DNA of 64,000 nt, taken from contig OX597818.1 of assembly GCA_951406725.2 (NCBI GenBank), positions 120,280,001 through 120,344,000 of the forward strand, read 5' to 3'. Positions 13,364 to 27,049 of the stretch are shown here, piece by piece. The notes below the pieces were generated by a model, which searched no databases, was not told where the DNA came from, and saw nothing but the letters and a program-made list of their open reading frames with translations. Made by a program: the position numbers and the translations under genes. The DNA is from Octopus vulgaris (Eukaryota). Each line of letters starts with the position of its first letter. The first letter of the stretch is position 1.

Positions 13364-13729
13364 GTTCATATTCACGAATATACATATACACACATACTTG
13401 TTAATACAATCCAAAAGAAATATTCAAACTCAAATGGTACACAATTGAGTTAAATATGATAATGGTTTCTGTTTTAGTTTCAAGGACACCAGTTTTGATG
13501 GTAAAAGTTTGAACAGTATCATGGACTTCTACACAAGACTAGTACTGCATATTTTATCGACCATTCGGGTCGACGGTACGTGTGCTCAGACGGTACATAG
13601 GCCCAGAACGGTACATGACCTCGACGGTACATGAGTTTAGAACATAAAGATCTGGAAGAAATACTGCAATCATTTTCCCGACTGTCTACTTATTCTGCCA
13701 GCAGACCGCCTACAGTTAAGCATAATAAT

Positions 13730-14160
13730 AATGGTTTCAAATTTTGGCACAAGGCCAGCAATTTCTGAGGAGGGGTTTTGTCGATTACATCGACCCCAGT
13801 GCTCAACTGGTACTTATTTTATCAACTGCAAAATGATGAAAGACAAAGACAACCTCGGCGGAATTTCAACTCAGAACGTAAAGAGGGACGAAATACTGCC
13901 AAACATTTTACAGGCGTGCTAACAATTCTTATTTCTTTATTGCCCACAAGGGGCTAAACATATAGGGGACAAACAAGGACAGATAAAGGGATTAAGTCGA
14001 TTACATCGACTCCAGTGAGTAACTGGTACTTAATTTATCAACCCCGAAAGGACGAAAGGCAAAGTAGACCTCGGCAGAATTTGAACTCAGAACGTAAAGA
14101 CGAACGAAATACCGCTAAACATTTTTTCCCGGAATGCTAACAATTCTGCCAGCTCACCGA
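13730..14160 (-). mobile_element. Two adjacent SINE B-type units
   Basis: Two copies of CGACCCC..GAAAGGCAAAG..CCTCGGC..GAACTCAGAACG. Confidence 0.75.
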
Positions 14161-14397
14161 TCGAAGTCGATAACTGATACTATGATTCAAATTATTATGG
14201 CGTAAAAAGGAAATAAATCACTACAGTTTTCTTCCTGATTCATTATCATTGGCGGAAATGTAACCTCACAGTAGGTTGCTGCAGTGAAGGATACCAAACA
14301 TACCGCTCAATATTATTATGTACTATAATTGTTTTTGCAGATTAGACTGCTGAAGTATTACAATTCTGACTTTTAGAATTTTGTTAGTGGTAATAGT

Positions 14398-14810
14398 GGA
14401 TCTTTTCGGTTTGAACGGCAGTTTTTAACATAATTTCTAGGTAACTAAAAGATTTAAATCTTCGTATACTGGTAGAATGTGTTTATAAAGCATCTTTTTC
14501 TCTTGGCTTTATTGAGAAATTCTATAGTTTGTAAGATATCTGTTGTTTTTTCTTCAATTTCTGCAATTTCAACCAATCAATGACGTCTATTCAGGTGAAA
14601 ACATTCTGTGCCGTATGAATATGTCCCTCGTTTAAGAAACAGATTGGGTTTATTTACATTTGTGAAGAAAAAAAGATACCCTTCTCCCTACCCCTAACCC
14701 TAACCCTAAAACAGATTGAAATGCAATAGATCGATACTAGGGTCATAATTATGGGTGACAATTTCATATGACACCGCTAGAAAAAACTGCCGTTCAAACC
14801 GAAAAGAGCC
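14398..14810 (+). mobile_element. TIR element (GGATCTTTTCGGTTTGAACGGCAG family) with internal (CCCTAA)3 and a 37-bp flanking direct repeat
   Basis: ~29-bp TIRs; 14361-14397 equals 14811-14847 with 1 mismatch. Confidence 0.9.
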
Positions 14811-15050
14811 CAATTCTGACTTTTAGAATTTTGTTGGTGGTAATAGTTTTTATCTGTTTCTCGATTTAATACCATCACCTAATTTTTGGATAACTTAAAC
14901 AGAATCCATCCTGTTGTATTTCGATCAGGTACCATGTATACCCCCCTAGTCTCGGAGACGCTGTAAACGGTCACAGGCGACTAAACCTTAATAAGAAAAT
15001 TGATATGCAGTTCGAAAATTAATATGCAGTATACTCTTTCAATCAAACTC

Positions 15051-15189
<139 letters not shown>

Positions 15190-15496
15190 CAATATCGAGA
15201 ATAAATCATCTGGTGGTAGAGATTTGGCAAGGCAAGTCTAGAAAAAACATTTTACGCAGAGTTAATTAATTCATATGTTCTGTGGTGTGTAACGTAATTT
15301 TTATAGAAACACTATTATAAGCTAAACACTTGTCAGAATTTTATTGGAAAACCAGCTTTCAGAATATCTTATTTTTACTTTGCACTAATTTCATAATGTC
15401 CAACTCCTACGTCTTTCAGGGCACTCATACTGTTGGCACGACAGTGAAACAACTCTACATAATTCTCTCCTTCGATGGTATACTTCAAGATTGAAA

Positions 15497-16065
15497 AGGT
15501 GGCGAGCTGGCAGAAACGTTAGCACGCCGGGCAAAATGAGTAGCCGTATTTCGTCTGCCGTTACGTTGTGAGTTCAAATTCCGTCGAGGTCGACTTTGCC
15601 TTTCATCCTTTCGGGGTCGATAAATTAAGTACCAGTTACGCACTGGGGGTCGATGTAATCGACTTAATCCGTTTGTCTGTCCTTGTTTGTCCTCTCTGTG
15701 TTTAGCTCCTTGTGGGTAGTAAAGAAATACCTATTTCGTCTGCCCTTACGTTCTGAGTTCAAATTCCGCCGAGGTCGACTTTGCCTTTCATTCTTTCGGG
15801 GTTGATAAATTAAGTACCAGTTACGCACTGGGTCGATGTAATCGACTTAATTCGTTTGTCTGTCCTTGTTTGTCCTCTCTGTGTTTAGCCCCTTGTGGGT
15901 AGTAAAGAAATACGTATTTCGTCTGCCGCTAAGTTCTGAGTTCAAATTCCGCCGATAAATTAAGTAGCAGTTATGCACTGGGGTCGATGTAATCGACTTA
16001 ATACCTATGGCTGTGCTTGTTTGTCCATTCTATGTTTAGCCTCTTGTGGGTTATAAAGAAATAGG
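15497..16065 (+). mobile_element. SINE B trimer (one head plus two headless units)
   Basis: Three tandem bodies; ACTTCAAGATTGAA duplicated on both sides. Confidence 0.9.
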
Positions 16066-16126
16066 TAGACTTCAAGATTGAAGATCACAACAACCAGACG
16101 CAAACTGTCTTCGCTACATTGCATAT

Positions 16127-16551
16127 TTACTCTTTTACTTGTTTCAGTCATTTGACTGCGATCATGCTGGAGCACCGCCTTTTTTAGTCGAGCAAATCGA
16201 CCCCAGGACCTATTCTTTGTAAGTTTAGTACTTATTCTATCGGTCGCTTTTGCCGAACCGCTAAGTTACGGGGACGTAAACACACCAGCATCTGTTTCAA
16301 GCGATGTTGGGGCGACAAACACAGACACACAAATATATACACACATACATACATATGTAAGTATGTGTGTGTGTGTATACATATATACGACGGGCTTCTC
16401 TCAGTTTCCGTCTACCAAATCCACTCACAAGGCTTTGGTCGGCCCGAGGCTATAGTAGAAGACACTTGCCCAAGGTGCCACGCAGTGGGACTGAACCCGG
16501 AACCATGTGGTTGGTAAGCAAGCTACTTACCACTCAGCCACTTCTACGCCT
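16127..16551 (-). mobile_element. SINE family A, full length
   Basis: Near-consensus copy. Confidence 0.9.
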
Positions 16552-16589
16552 ATGCGTATGTCAATGTTATTACAATGTGAAGTCAATGT

Positions 16590-17060
16590 TGGTTTCAAAT
16601 TTTGGAACAAAGCCGGCAGTTTTGGAGGAGGGGGTAAATTGCTTACATCAACACCAGTACTGAACTGGTACTTATTTTATCGACTCCGAAAGGCTGAAAG
16701 GCAAAGTCGACCTCGGCGAATTTGAACTCAAAATGTAAAGACAAACGAAATGTCGCTAAGTATTTTACTCTGCATGCGAATGATTCTGTCAGCTCGCCAC
16801 CTTGATGTGAAGTTAATATTGAAAGGTCATAGGGCGGCGAGCTGGCAGAAACGTTAGCACGCCGGGCGAAATGCGTTGCCGTATTTCGTCTGCCGTTACG
16901 TTCTGAGTTCAAATTCCGCCGAGGCTGACTTTGATTTCATCATTTCAGGGTCAATAAATTAAGTAGCAGTTACGCACTGGAGTCGATGTTATCGACTTAA
17001 TACCTATGTCTGTCCTTGTTCGTTCCCTCTCTGTTTAGCCCCTAGTGGGTAATAAAAAAC
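16590..17060. mobile_element. Divergent (head-to-head) pair of SINE B-type copies: ~16590-16803 minus and 16831-17060 plus
   Basis: Plus copy has TSD AATATTGAA(A/C)GGTCATA. Confidence 0.8.
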
Positions 17061-17390
17061 AAATATTGAACGGTCATAAAAAGGAGGTCGAGTGTAATGT
17101 AACGTAATGGAATGTAATTTTGCTTCACTTAGAGAAGTCACTCCAAAAACAAACACGTTTCGTTAAATCTATCTAGAGTGTTGCGTCTTTCAAGAAAATA
17201 CTCCGTAGTTGTAGCTGTTTCCCAGAGTTACGCGAGTGGAAAAAAAAAAAAAATTAAAACTGCTTCTTTTTTACACATCACACAATCCATGCTTTAAATG
17301 TCTGATATATTGAATCTCAGTTACAATGTTCTGAGATAATATGTATGCATATGAAAGTGTGTACTATACACATAAGCACACACACACACG

Positions 17391-17478
<88 letters not shown>

Positions 17479-17528
17479 TAGACATACATACATACAAACA
17501 TATATACACACACACATATATATATGAC

Positions 17529-17601
<73 letters not shown>

Positions 17602-18072
17602 TTATCTGTATCATAAAAGAAGCAGACAAAAGTTGTAGCATCGCCTGCAGGCTTCAAACGTCGCGTTTTGAGTTCAGGTGCTGGTTTACCATATTTAATC
17701 ACATTACACTTTTTCCAGATAAAACAACTGAAAAAAATTTCCTTTAAATCTCGTTCTTTATATTAAAAAAAAAAAAATAAAGTGTTAAATTTTGAAATAA
17801 ATCTGTCTCTAAAAATTAGTTTAATCACCAGAGGCAAACGATGTAACTGGTGAATGAAAACAACTGAAATGTCTGAAGTATTCAATAATAAACTATTAAA
17901 CAATGAAAGTATTGAATAACAAGAATATCTTTCCAGTCGTTATCGATTGTTTATAACCGCCGCCACCACCACCACCACCACCACCATAACCACCATTATC
18001 GTATCACTACATGCTATAATTAAAGAAGCATAGTTATGATCAAGACTTTATATTCAGAATTACAGTTTATAA

Positions 18073-18835
18073 CTCTTTTACTCTTTTACTTGTTTCAGTC
18101 ATTTGACTGTGACCATGCTGGAGCACCGCCTTTGGTCGAGCAAATCGATCCCAGGATTTATTCTTTGTAAGCCTAGTACTTATTCTATCGGTCTTTATTG
18201 CCGAACCGCTAAGTTACGGAGACGTAAACACGCCAGCATCGGTTGTCAAGCGATCACAAACATATACACACACATACATATATATACATATATACGACGG
18301 GCTTCTTACAGTTTCCGTCTACCAAATCCACTCACAAGGCTTTGGTCGGCCCGAGGCTATAGTAGAAGACACTTGCCCAAGGTGCCACGCAGTGGGACTG
18401 AACCCGGAACCATGTGGTTCGTAAGCAAGCTACTTACCACACAGCCACTCCTACGCCTGGCTTTTTTTCTTTGTTCCAGACATTGGTCTGCGGCCATGTT
18501 GGGGCACTGTCTTGAAGGGTTTTAGTCAAAACAACCACGGTACTTACTATTAATTCTTTAAAATCCGCTAATCATTCTATTGGTGTCTTTTTGCCGAACC
18601 ACTAAGTTATGGGCACATAAACAAACCGACACCGGTTGACAAGCTGTGATGGCGAGAGAAACGCAAAAACACACACACGTGCATGCGTGCACACACACAC
18701 ATATATATACGACGAACTTCCACAGTTCCTGTCTACCAAATTCACTCATAAAGCTCTTCCCCCAAGGTGCCGCACGTTGGAACTGAACCGGAAACCAAGT
18801 GGTTGCAAAGCGATCTTCTTAACCATACAGCCATG
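18073..18835 (-). mobile_element. Two SINE A copies (18073-18457 near consensus; ~18470-18835 diverged)
   Basis: Collinear with the family A consensus. Confidence 0.85.
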
Positions 18836-20069
18836 GATATTCATTCATTATCTTTTTTTAAATGTAAGTGAATTATTTTCGCGACGCTCCTAGCTCTCAC
18901 GATACACTATAATGAGGCAGTGCATCATTTCAGAATTTCTATCCTCTTATAACAGGAAGGATGCAGACGATAATTTGATCTTAAATACATCACTATATCT
19001 AAAAACATTGACTGCGTTGTCTCTCTGATCAAGAAAACATTTGTCACACGAAGGCCCAGCCCGCACAGCTGCAAATGGGTATAACAGAGTAGGAATGTTA
19101 ACAGTTGCTCTAAGTACCTTGTAGTGCTGAGGTCCAGTTGTCCTGTAGGTCTGGAAAGACACTTCAATCCACAGACTAAGACTAACAATGATGCACAATC
19201 GTCTGGGCTAGCTTTGACATTAGATTCACGCTCTCATTCAGATTAAGTTTTTCTTTTATGACTTGAAGATGTGACATGAGACAGTTCCACACTCATGAAC
19301 ATCTTGTCTCTTTGTTTTCTCTCCGTGTTGATATATGGACAATTAAGGTGGTTTTAGAGTCAGATCATGGCTGCTATTTTCAGCGTGGTGGTATCTCGTA
19401 GATACCCTAATTTATAATTTTAATAATTATTGCCTTAGAAGGTTATTTTTTCCATGCTGACCACTTGATAAAATCGTTATTTTATTTTTAAATTAACAAT
19501 CCTATCCTTATTTATATATATATATGTAAATATGTATTTTAATGTCAAGAATTTTTGCTTATAAGTTATTTAACATATTGGTATTTGTTATTGGTATTTG
19601 CCAATGGCCACTTCGAGTTATTTCATTTAGCTCATTTTTGTTGAAGTCATGAAAATTACCATAACCATAATTATTTTCCATTCTATTTTGAATAAGTCTA
19701 AGTCTGTTGGCAGCTGGAGGTATTCTTTTCTACTCTAGGCACAAGGCCCGAAATCTTTGGCGGAGTATCAGTCAATTAGTTCGACCCCAGTATGCAACTG
19801 GGGACAATTGTGCTGATAAAGGCTATTGAACCAGGAACATGTGTCACCGGTTGCCCCCTTATCTCCTAAGCCAATCCTTTTCCTTCAGAAATATTTGGTC
19901 CTTGAGATTGTTTACACTTCTCAAGTAGAACTGACCATAATTGCTATTTAGCAATTGTCATACATTCTCATAAAGCGGAGATAGTTATTCTATTTAAAAT
20001 ACGTATCGTGAATTTTGCTGTAATGTATTTAGCATACCGGTATTTGTCTATGTTATTCAAATACATATA

Positions 20070-20930
20070 TAGGAGCAGGAGTGGCTGTATGGTAAGAGGC
20101 TTGCTTACCAACCACATGGTTCCGGGTTCAGTCCCACTGCGTGGCACCTTGGGCAAGTGTCTTCTACTATAGCCTCGGGCTGACCAAAACCTTGTGAGTG
20201 GATTTGGTAGACGGAAACTAAAAGAAGCCCGTCGTGTATATATATATATATATATATACTCTTTACTCTTTTACTTGTTTCAGTCATTTGACTGTGGCCA
20301 TGCTGGAGCACCGCCTTTTGTCGAGCAAATCGAACCTAGGACTTATTCTTTGTAAGCCTAGTACTTATTCTATCGGTCTTTATTGCCGAACCGCTAAGTC
20401 ACGGGGACGTAAACACACCAGCATCGGTTGTCGAGCGATGTTGGTTGGGGGGGGGGGGCAAACACAGACACACAATCATATACATACACACATATACATA
20501 CATATACATACATACACATATATACGACGGGCTTCTTTCAGTTTCCGTCTACCAAATCCACTCACAAGGCTTTGGTCGGCCCGATGCTATAGTAGAAGAC
20601 ACTTGCCCATGGTGCCACGCTGTGGGACTGAACCCAGAATCATGTGGCTGGTAAGCAAGCTACTTACCATATAGCCACTCCTACGCCCCTATATTTTATA
20701 TGTATGTATGTGTGTTTGTGTTTATCCCCCCCCCCAACATCGCTTGACAAACGATGCTGGTGTGTTTACGTTCCCGTAACTTAGCGGTTCAGCAAAAGAG
20801 ACAGATAGAATAAGTACTAGGCTTACAAAGTATAAGTCCTGGGGTCGATTTGCTCGACTAAAAGATATAAAAAAAAAGGTGGTGCTCCTGCATCACCACA
20901 CCCTTTGCTCGAAACATAAAAGAATAAAAG
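20070..20930. mobile_element. SINE A (plus) split by an antisense SINE A (20258-20688)
   Basis: 5' half 20070-20250 and 3' half ~20700-20930 flank a full reverse copy. Confidence 0.85.
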
Positions 20931-21257
20931 ATTTTATTGTTAATGCTTGTTTTTATGTTTAGTTATTTACATTAACGTGACGAGTTAATGTTAAACATTG
21001 ATGTTATTGTCAGTGAGTTCGAAGATTCCGACGATAGTTTAATTGTCCGAAACTTCGAAATCACTGTTTACGTCTACCAAATCTACCCACAAGGCTTTGG
21101 TCGGCCCAAGGCCGTAGCAGTACAAGACACTTGTCCAAGGTGTCACACAGTAGGAGCGAAATCGGAACCGTGTGGTTCGGAAACAAAGTTCTTATCACAC
21201 ACCCACGCCTAAACATACATGCATATATGTGTGTGTGAGAGAGAGAGAATGCGTGTA

Positions 21258-21324
<67 letters not shown>

Positions 21325-21331
21325 TTAATCG

Positions 21332-21375
21332 TTACAGTTGAAAAGGTCTCAAAATGACCGAAACCGGTACTGAAA
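21332..21375 (+). ncRNA. Minimal Penelope-type type I hammerhead ribozyme, U3-A8 core variant
   Basis: cag-TTGAAAA-ggtc(tcaaaat)gacc-GAAA-ccgg-TA-ctg; palindromic stem III ACCGGT; GUA triplet; followed by an AT-rich tail and (TA)n. Confidence 0.6.
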
Positions 21376-21416
21376 TGTTCTTTATAAAATTATTTTAGCA
21401 ATTTCTATTTTGACTT

Positions 21417-21459
<43 letters not shown>

Positions 21460-21856
21460 TGTGAGTAGGTGTATATCTAAGTGAGTGTATATGTTTAGAC
21501 ACAATAAATTGTTTCTAACATAAGTTTTCACTTTTTTTGAAACACGTATACACACATATACACACACACACTTCGTTCTGTCTGCGAATATTTGTGACCT
21601 GGTATCTCTGTTGACGTGCGTAATATTGCATATGACCTACATCTGACTTTGTGATGATCACTTTTACATACCAGGAGGAGTGGTTTACTTAGAAGTAGAC
21701 CTATTGTCAAATGGTTCGTCAGCTGTCTTTCAAAAGGAAGCGAAGAAATGTCATACGAGATACACGCGCGCACGCACATTCGCACATACTCACAAGCATT
21801 GCGTGTGTTCGCGTATATGAATGTATAGTAGTGGCTGTATATTATAATCACAGTAA

Positions 21857-22460
21857 AGGCGTTAGCACGCCGGGCGATTTGCGTAGCCGTATTTCGTCTG
21901 CCGCTACGTTCTGAGTTCAAATTCCGCCAAGGTCGACTTTGCCTTTCATCCTTTCGGGATCGATAAATTAAGTAGCAGTTACGCACTCGGGTCGATATAA
22001 TCGACTTAATCCGTTTGTCTTTCCTTGTTTGTCCTCTCTGTGTTTGGCCCCTTGTGGGTAGTAAAGAAATAGGTATTTTATGTCTTTACGTTCTGAGTTC
22101 AAATTGCGCTGAGGTCGACTTTGCCTTTCACCCTTTCGGGGTCGATATATTAAGTACTAGTTGCGTACTAGGGTCGATCTAATCGACTTGCCCCCTCCCC
22201 CCAAATTTCGGGCCTTGTGCTTTGAATAGAAAATAATATAAGTAAACTGATAAGGCTGCGAGCAGGCAGAAACGTTAGCACGCCGAGCGAATTGCTTAGC
22301 GATATTTCGTCTGTCTTTACGTTCTGCGTTCAAATTCTGCCGAGGTCGACTTTACCTTTCATCGTTTCGGAGCTGATAGATTAAGTACTGAGGTAGACCT
22401 AATCGACTGGCACCCCCGCCCTCAGAAATTTCGGGCCTTGTGCCTAGATTAAGAACGAAT
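21857..22460 (+). mobile_element. Cluster of three SINE B-type units
   Basis: Three GAGGTCGACTTT-type blocks, with two different tail types. Confidence 0.8.
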
Positions 22461-22489
22461 ATTATAGTCACAGTTATTAATTTACTTAG

Positions 22490-22681
22490 CTCTTTTAATC
22501 TTTAACTTGTTTCAGTCATTTGACTGCGGCCATGCTGGAACACCGCCTTTAGTCGAGCAAATCGACCCCGGGACTTATTCTTTGTAAGCCTAGTACTTAT
22601 TCTATCGGTCCCTTTTGCCGAACCACTAAGTTACAGAGACGTAAACACACCAGCAAACACAGACATATACACACAACACAG

Positions 22682-22712
<31 letters not shown>

Positions 22713-22868
22713 CATATATACGACGGGCTTCTTTCAGTTTCCGTCCACCAAATCCACTCACAAGGCGATAGTAGAAGATACTTACCCAAGGTGCCACGCA
22801 GTGGGACTGAACCCGGAACCATGTGGTTCGTAAGCAAGCTACTTACCACACAGCCACTCCTACGCCTA
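22490..22868 (-). mobile_element. SINE family A with internal deletions
   Basis: Head and tail both present. Confidence 0.85.
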
Positions 22869-23104
22869 CATATATATATATATATATCTTAGATATACAT
22901 AAATATACATATAATTACGTGTGTGTGTGAATTATTTTACGCCTGCACAACGGAAGCAGGAAGAGTACGTTTATATTTGTGTTATGACGACAGTGATTTA
23001 CGACAAATAACTTCAAACATTACGTTCATTGAAGGATTGTCCAGAAGATGTTACGCTTGGTTTACAGCAGTTTTTACTGATTCCTATTAATAATCATAAT
23101 ACAT

Positions 23105-23490
23105 GGGAGGCGCAATGGCCCAGTGGTTAGGGCAGCGGACTCGCGGTCATAGGATCGCGGTTTCGATTTCCAGACCGGGCGTTGTGAGTGTTTATTGAGC
23201 GAAAACACCTAAAGCTCCACGAGGCTCCGGCAGGGGATGGTGGTGATCCGGGCTGTACTCTTTCGCCACAACTTTCTCTCACTCTTTCTTCCTGTTTCTG
23301 TTGTACCTGTATTTCAAAGGGCCAGCCTTGTCACTCTCTGTGTCACGCTGAATATCCCCGAGAACTACGTTAAGGGTGCACGTGTCTGTGGAGTGCTCAG
23401 CCACTTACACGTTAATTTCACGAGCAGGCTGTTCCGTTAATTCTAATCAACCGGAACCCTCGTCGTCGTAACCGACGGAGTGCTTCCATC
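23105..23490 (+). mobile_element. SINE family C, tRNA-derived head (possibly Arg, OR-SINE-like), tail type 1
   Basis: GGAGGCGCAATGGCCCAGTGGTTAGGGCAGCGGAC head with A/B-box-like motifs; ends CGTCGTCGTAACCGACGGAGTGC. Confidence 0.8.
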
Positions 23491-23634
23491 CTAATACATG
23501 GCTTTTCCACAAAGCAAATAATCTTTCATAATATAGCAAGGATGATGTCTGCATGGTTGTGATACCAGCTACAAATGTAGAGAAATTTCGGCTCAAATTT
23601 ATGTCTTCTCATATTAGTGCCTAGAATATTATCT

Positions 23635-24045
23635 CTCTTTTACTCTTTTACTTCTTTCAATCATTTGACTGTTGCCATGCTGGAGCACCGCCTTTTTTAG
23701 TCGAGCAAATCGACCCCCAGGACTTATTCTTTGTAAGTCTAGTACTTATTCTATCAGACTTTTAAGCTTAACCGCTAGGTTACAGGGACGTAAATGCACT
23801 AACATTGGTTGTCAAGCCATGGTGGGAAGACAAACACAGATACAAAAATAAATACACACACACAGGCAGACAGACATATATACGATGGTCTTCTTTCAGT
23901 TTCCGTCTACTAAATCCACTCACAAGGCTTTGGGCGGCCCGAAGCTATAGTAGAAGACACTTGCCCAAGGTACCACGCAGTGGGACAGAACCAGGGACCA
24001 TGTGGTTCGTAAGCAAGGTACTTAGCACACAGCCACTCCCTGCTT
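23635..24045 (-). mobile_element. SINE family A
   Basis: Collinear with the consensus. Confidence 0.85.
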
Positions 24046-24134
24046 GTCCATTTATTCACCTTGTTTTCCATAATTCTTTCTGACTCTGCCTGCCTCCTCA
24101 CTCCCCTGTCTCCCCCGATGTATCTCTCTCTCTC

Positions 24135-24186
<52 letters not shown>

Positions 24187-24807
24187 TCTCTCTCTCTTCC
24201 CAACTAAACTGCTTATATATTTTGTCTCTCTGTCCACTTACCTATGCTCACGTTTGTTAGTCTGTTATTTTGTCTGTTTGTCGGTCTGTGTCTGGCCGGC
24301 TTGCTGGTGGCTGGCTGGCTGGCTAGTTGGCTTACTGGTTGGGTGACTGGCAGTTTTTTCCGCCTACCCGGCCACATCTCTTTGTGCGTTTGTCCACCTA
24401 CCAGTCTACATTTTTCTGTCGCTCTGTCTGTGCTGATGGGTTATATATCGCTATACAAAATTACTAACCAACCCACTGACTAGAAATTTTAAGAACTTTG
24501 GTTTAATAACCAAAAAGTCAAAAAAATACGTGTATTCTATGCATCTCTTTCCTTACAATTCTTTAATTTCAAATTCAAACTTCTAATCCCACCGAATATT
24601 ATGTAAAAGTAATTGTCTCCCTTGAATTTACTGTCCGTTAGGGAAAACCACATGCTTGAATAACAACCATATCTTCTTTAAATCACACTCTACTGTTCTA
24701 TGGAAGAAAAAACACATTGTACAAGGTTATCTTAGATAGCACTATGTCTCCAGGTATAGTGTGAAAGATAGTATTCTTTTGCTTGTTTCAGTCAGTTGAC
24801 TGCAGCC

Positions 24808-25340
24808 AGGACAGACAAACGGATTAAGTCGATTATATCGACCCCAGTGCGTAACTGGTACTTATTTAATCGACCCCGAAAGAATGAAAGGCAAAGTCTA
24901 CCTCGGCGGAATTTGAACTCAGAACGTAGCGGCAGACGAAATACTTGTTTCTTTATTACCCACAAGGGGCTAAACACAGAGGGGACAAACAAGGACAGAC
25001 AAACGGATTAAGTCGATTATATCGACCCCAGTGCGTAACTGGTACTTATTTAATCGACCCCGAAAGGATGAAAGGCAAAGCCGACCTCGGCGGAATTTGA
25101 ACTCAGAACGTAGCGGCAGACGAAATACTTGTTTCTTTATTACCCACAAGGGGCCAAACACAGAGGGGACAAACAAGGACAGACAAACGGATTCAGTCGA
25201 TTATATCGACCCGAGTGCGTAACTGGTACTTAATTAATCGACCCCGAAAGGATGAAAGGCAAAGTCGACCTCGGCGGAATTTGAACTCAGAACGCAACGG
25301 CGGACGAAATACCGCTAAACATTTCATCCGGCGTGACAAC
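24808..25340 (-). repeat. Tandem array of SINE B bodies, period 184 bp, about 3 units
   Basis: AGGACAGACAAACGG at 24808, 24992 and 25176. Confidence 0.9.
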
Positions 25341-25889
25341 TTTATCTTTATACCATATGAATATAAGCAATTTTTGCTAACTCAGCAGCCCACCATTACC
25401 TGCTCCTTGCTCTAGATTCTGGGGTTTTTTTTTTTCCAACTCTTATTATCATTACTTACAATGGTAATAATTACTAATATGCTTCAGGGAATTCCCTGGA
25501 AACATTTTGTTTCTTTCTCTCTCTCTCTCATCTTTTCTTTTCTGTTTTTTTTTTTTTTTAGATACAAGAACTCTAGTATGTAAAGCGAATCAATAACCTC
25601 TAATCTATGATTTGATAAATAGTAGAGAGCTGCAGAATCTTAATGGTCGCCCCAATAAATTGATAGCTTTAGCATCATGATATATGTTTTGTTGTTAAAC
25701 TTACTGTTATGAATATAAATAATATACATCATTGAGAAACTATTTTTTACTGCTTCAGCAGAACTTATTGCCTTCCTTATTTTTTCCTGTTGCGGAAAAT
25801 TTTTGCATTTGAATGCTATGTTTTACACAATCGCAAAAATCATTTCGATCAATTTCAAGTTACATGATTTATACATATATATCTATATC

Positions 25890-26257
25890 TATATATCTAT
25901 ATATATATAAACGGCAAAATGTGTGTGTGTGTGTGTGTGTGTGTCCTTTATACAAATCCACAATTTTTCAGTTAAAGAGCTCGCACTTTCTATGGTCATT
26001 CAAAACCGTCTAAGGATGGTCGTGCACATCTTTACATTTCCCCAGTCACCCCGTAAAGCCATTAAAAAAATCAATAGAAGTTACTCTTTTGTGAATTTTC
26101 TATCCAAAACCCAATCAAAATGCCCGAAACTTGATACGCCAATTGAATGCCAGCTAGCTGTATGTGATTGGTCGGAGATTTGGACAGTACTCGTGTGTAT
26201 GTGCGCACGCACGCAGCTGTATATGCATGCACTAGCACTATGACCCGGCGTTGCTAG
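25890..26257 (+). mobile_element. Non-autonomous Helitron-like element
   Basis: 5' TCTATATATATAAACGGCAAAATG; 3' GACCCGGCGTTGCTAG followed by T; inserted in a TA-rich site without a TSD. Confidence 0.75.
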
Positions 26258-26385
26258 TATATATATGTATATGAAATAAATTCCATGTGGTTAAAAAAAG
26301 TTCGAGTCATGTGGTTTCAGCTTAAGTCTCACTGCGTAACATCTTAGGTGATTATTTTCTTCAGTAGCTTGGGGCTTACACATGC

Positions 26386-26434
<49 letters not shown>

Positions 26435-27049
26435 CGTGCAAGTGTGAGGGCGTGCATGTGTGTGTATGTACGCGTGCTTAGTGCTTGTGCCCTGCCGTTT
26501 TACAATCGTTTTATAACCGGCATCCGTTTATTATGTCCTCTTTGCCCTTGTATATCAAGAAAAAAAGACTGATAGAATAAGGGGACACGGCTTTAAAATA
26601 TAAGTGCTACAGTCGATCGATTCGTATCACCAAACCCTTTGAAATGGTACCCCATCATGGCTGCTGTCCAATGACTGAAACAAGCAATAAAAAGATGAAA
26701 GATGCGGAAAAAAATGTGTTTGGTAATAATAAAAATCAACATCTCGTAGCTACAATGAAAGTACATTTTTCGTGTAAAGTATTTGTATGTAAACTAATTT
26801 TCTGTTATGGTCACTTTTTTTACTGCCTTCTTTTGACGGTATCATATTCATTATTTTACTTCTGCGAATGCTACAAACATGAACTGGAGTCAGAAAAATC
26901 ATAGTTAATGCGTGAACATATTACCATAGTATATTTATGGCGTGATTTTTTTTCTCGTTTTTAACCATAATATTATTTCATTACATTATTTGCTTTCAAC
27001 CAGAATTCATTTCATATCTATTGAGCTCTTTACAAAGATACTTTATATG

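Noticed and set aside
18925-19198. Overlapping minus-strand ORFs with a CxxC motif
   Set aside because: No convincing motif set; probably a decayed LINE 3' end but not supportable
23105-23180. tRNA-like cloverleaf heads (also near 27575-27646, 28152 and 33780-33854)
   Set aside because: Each continues into a SINE body, with TSDs in two cases; not stand-alone tRNA genes
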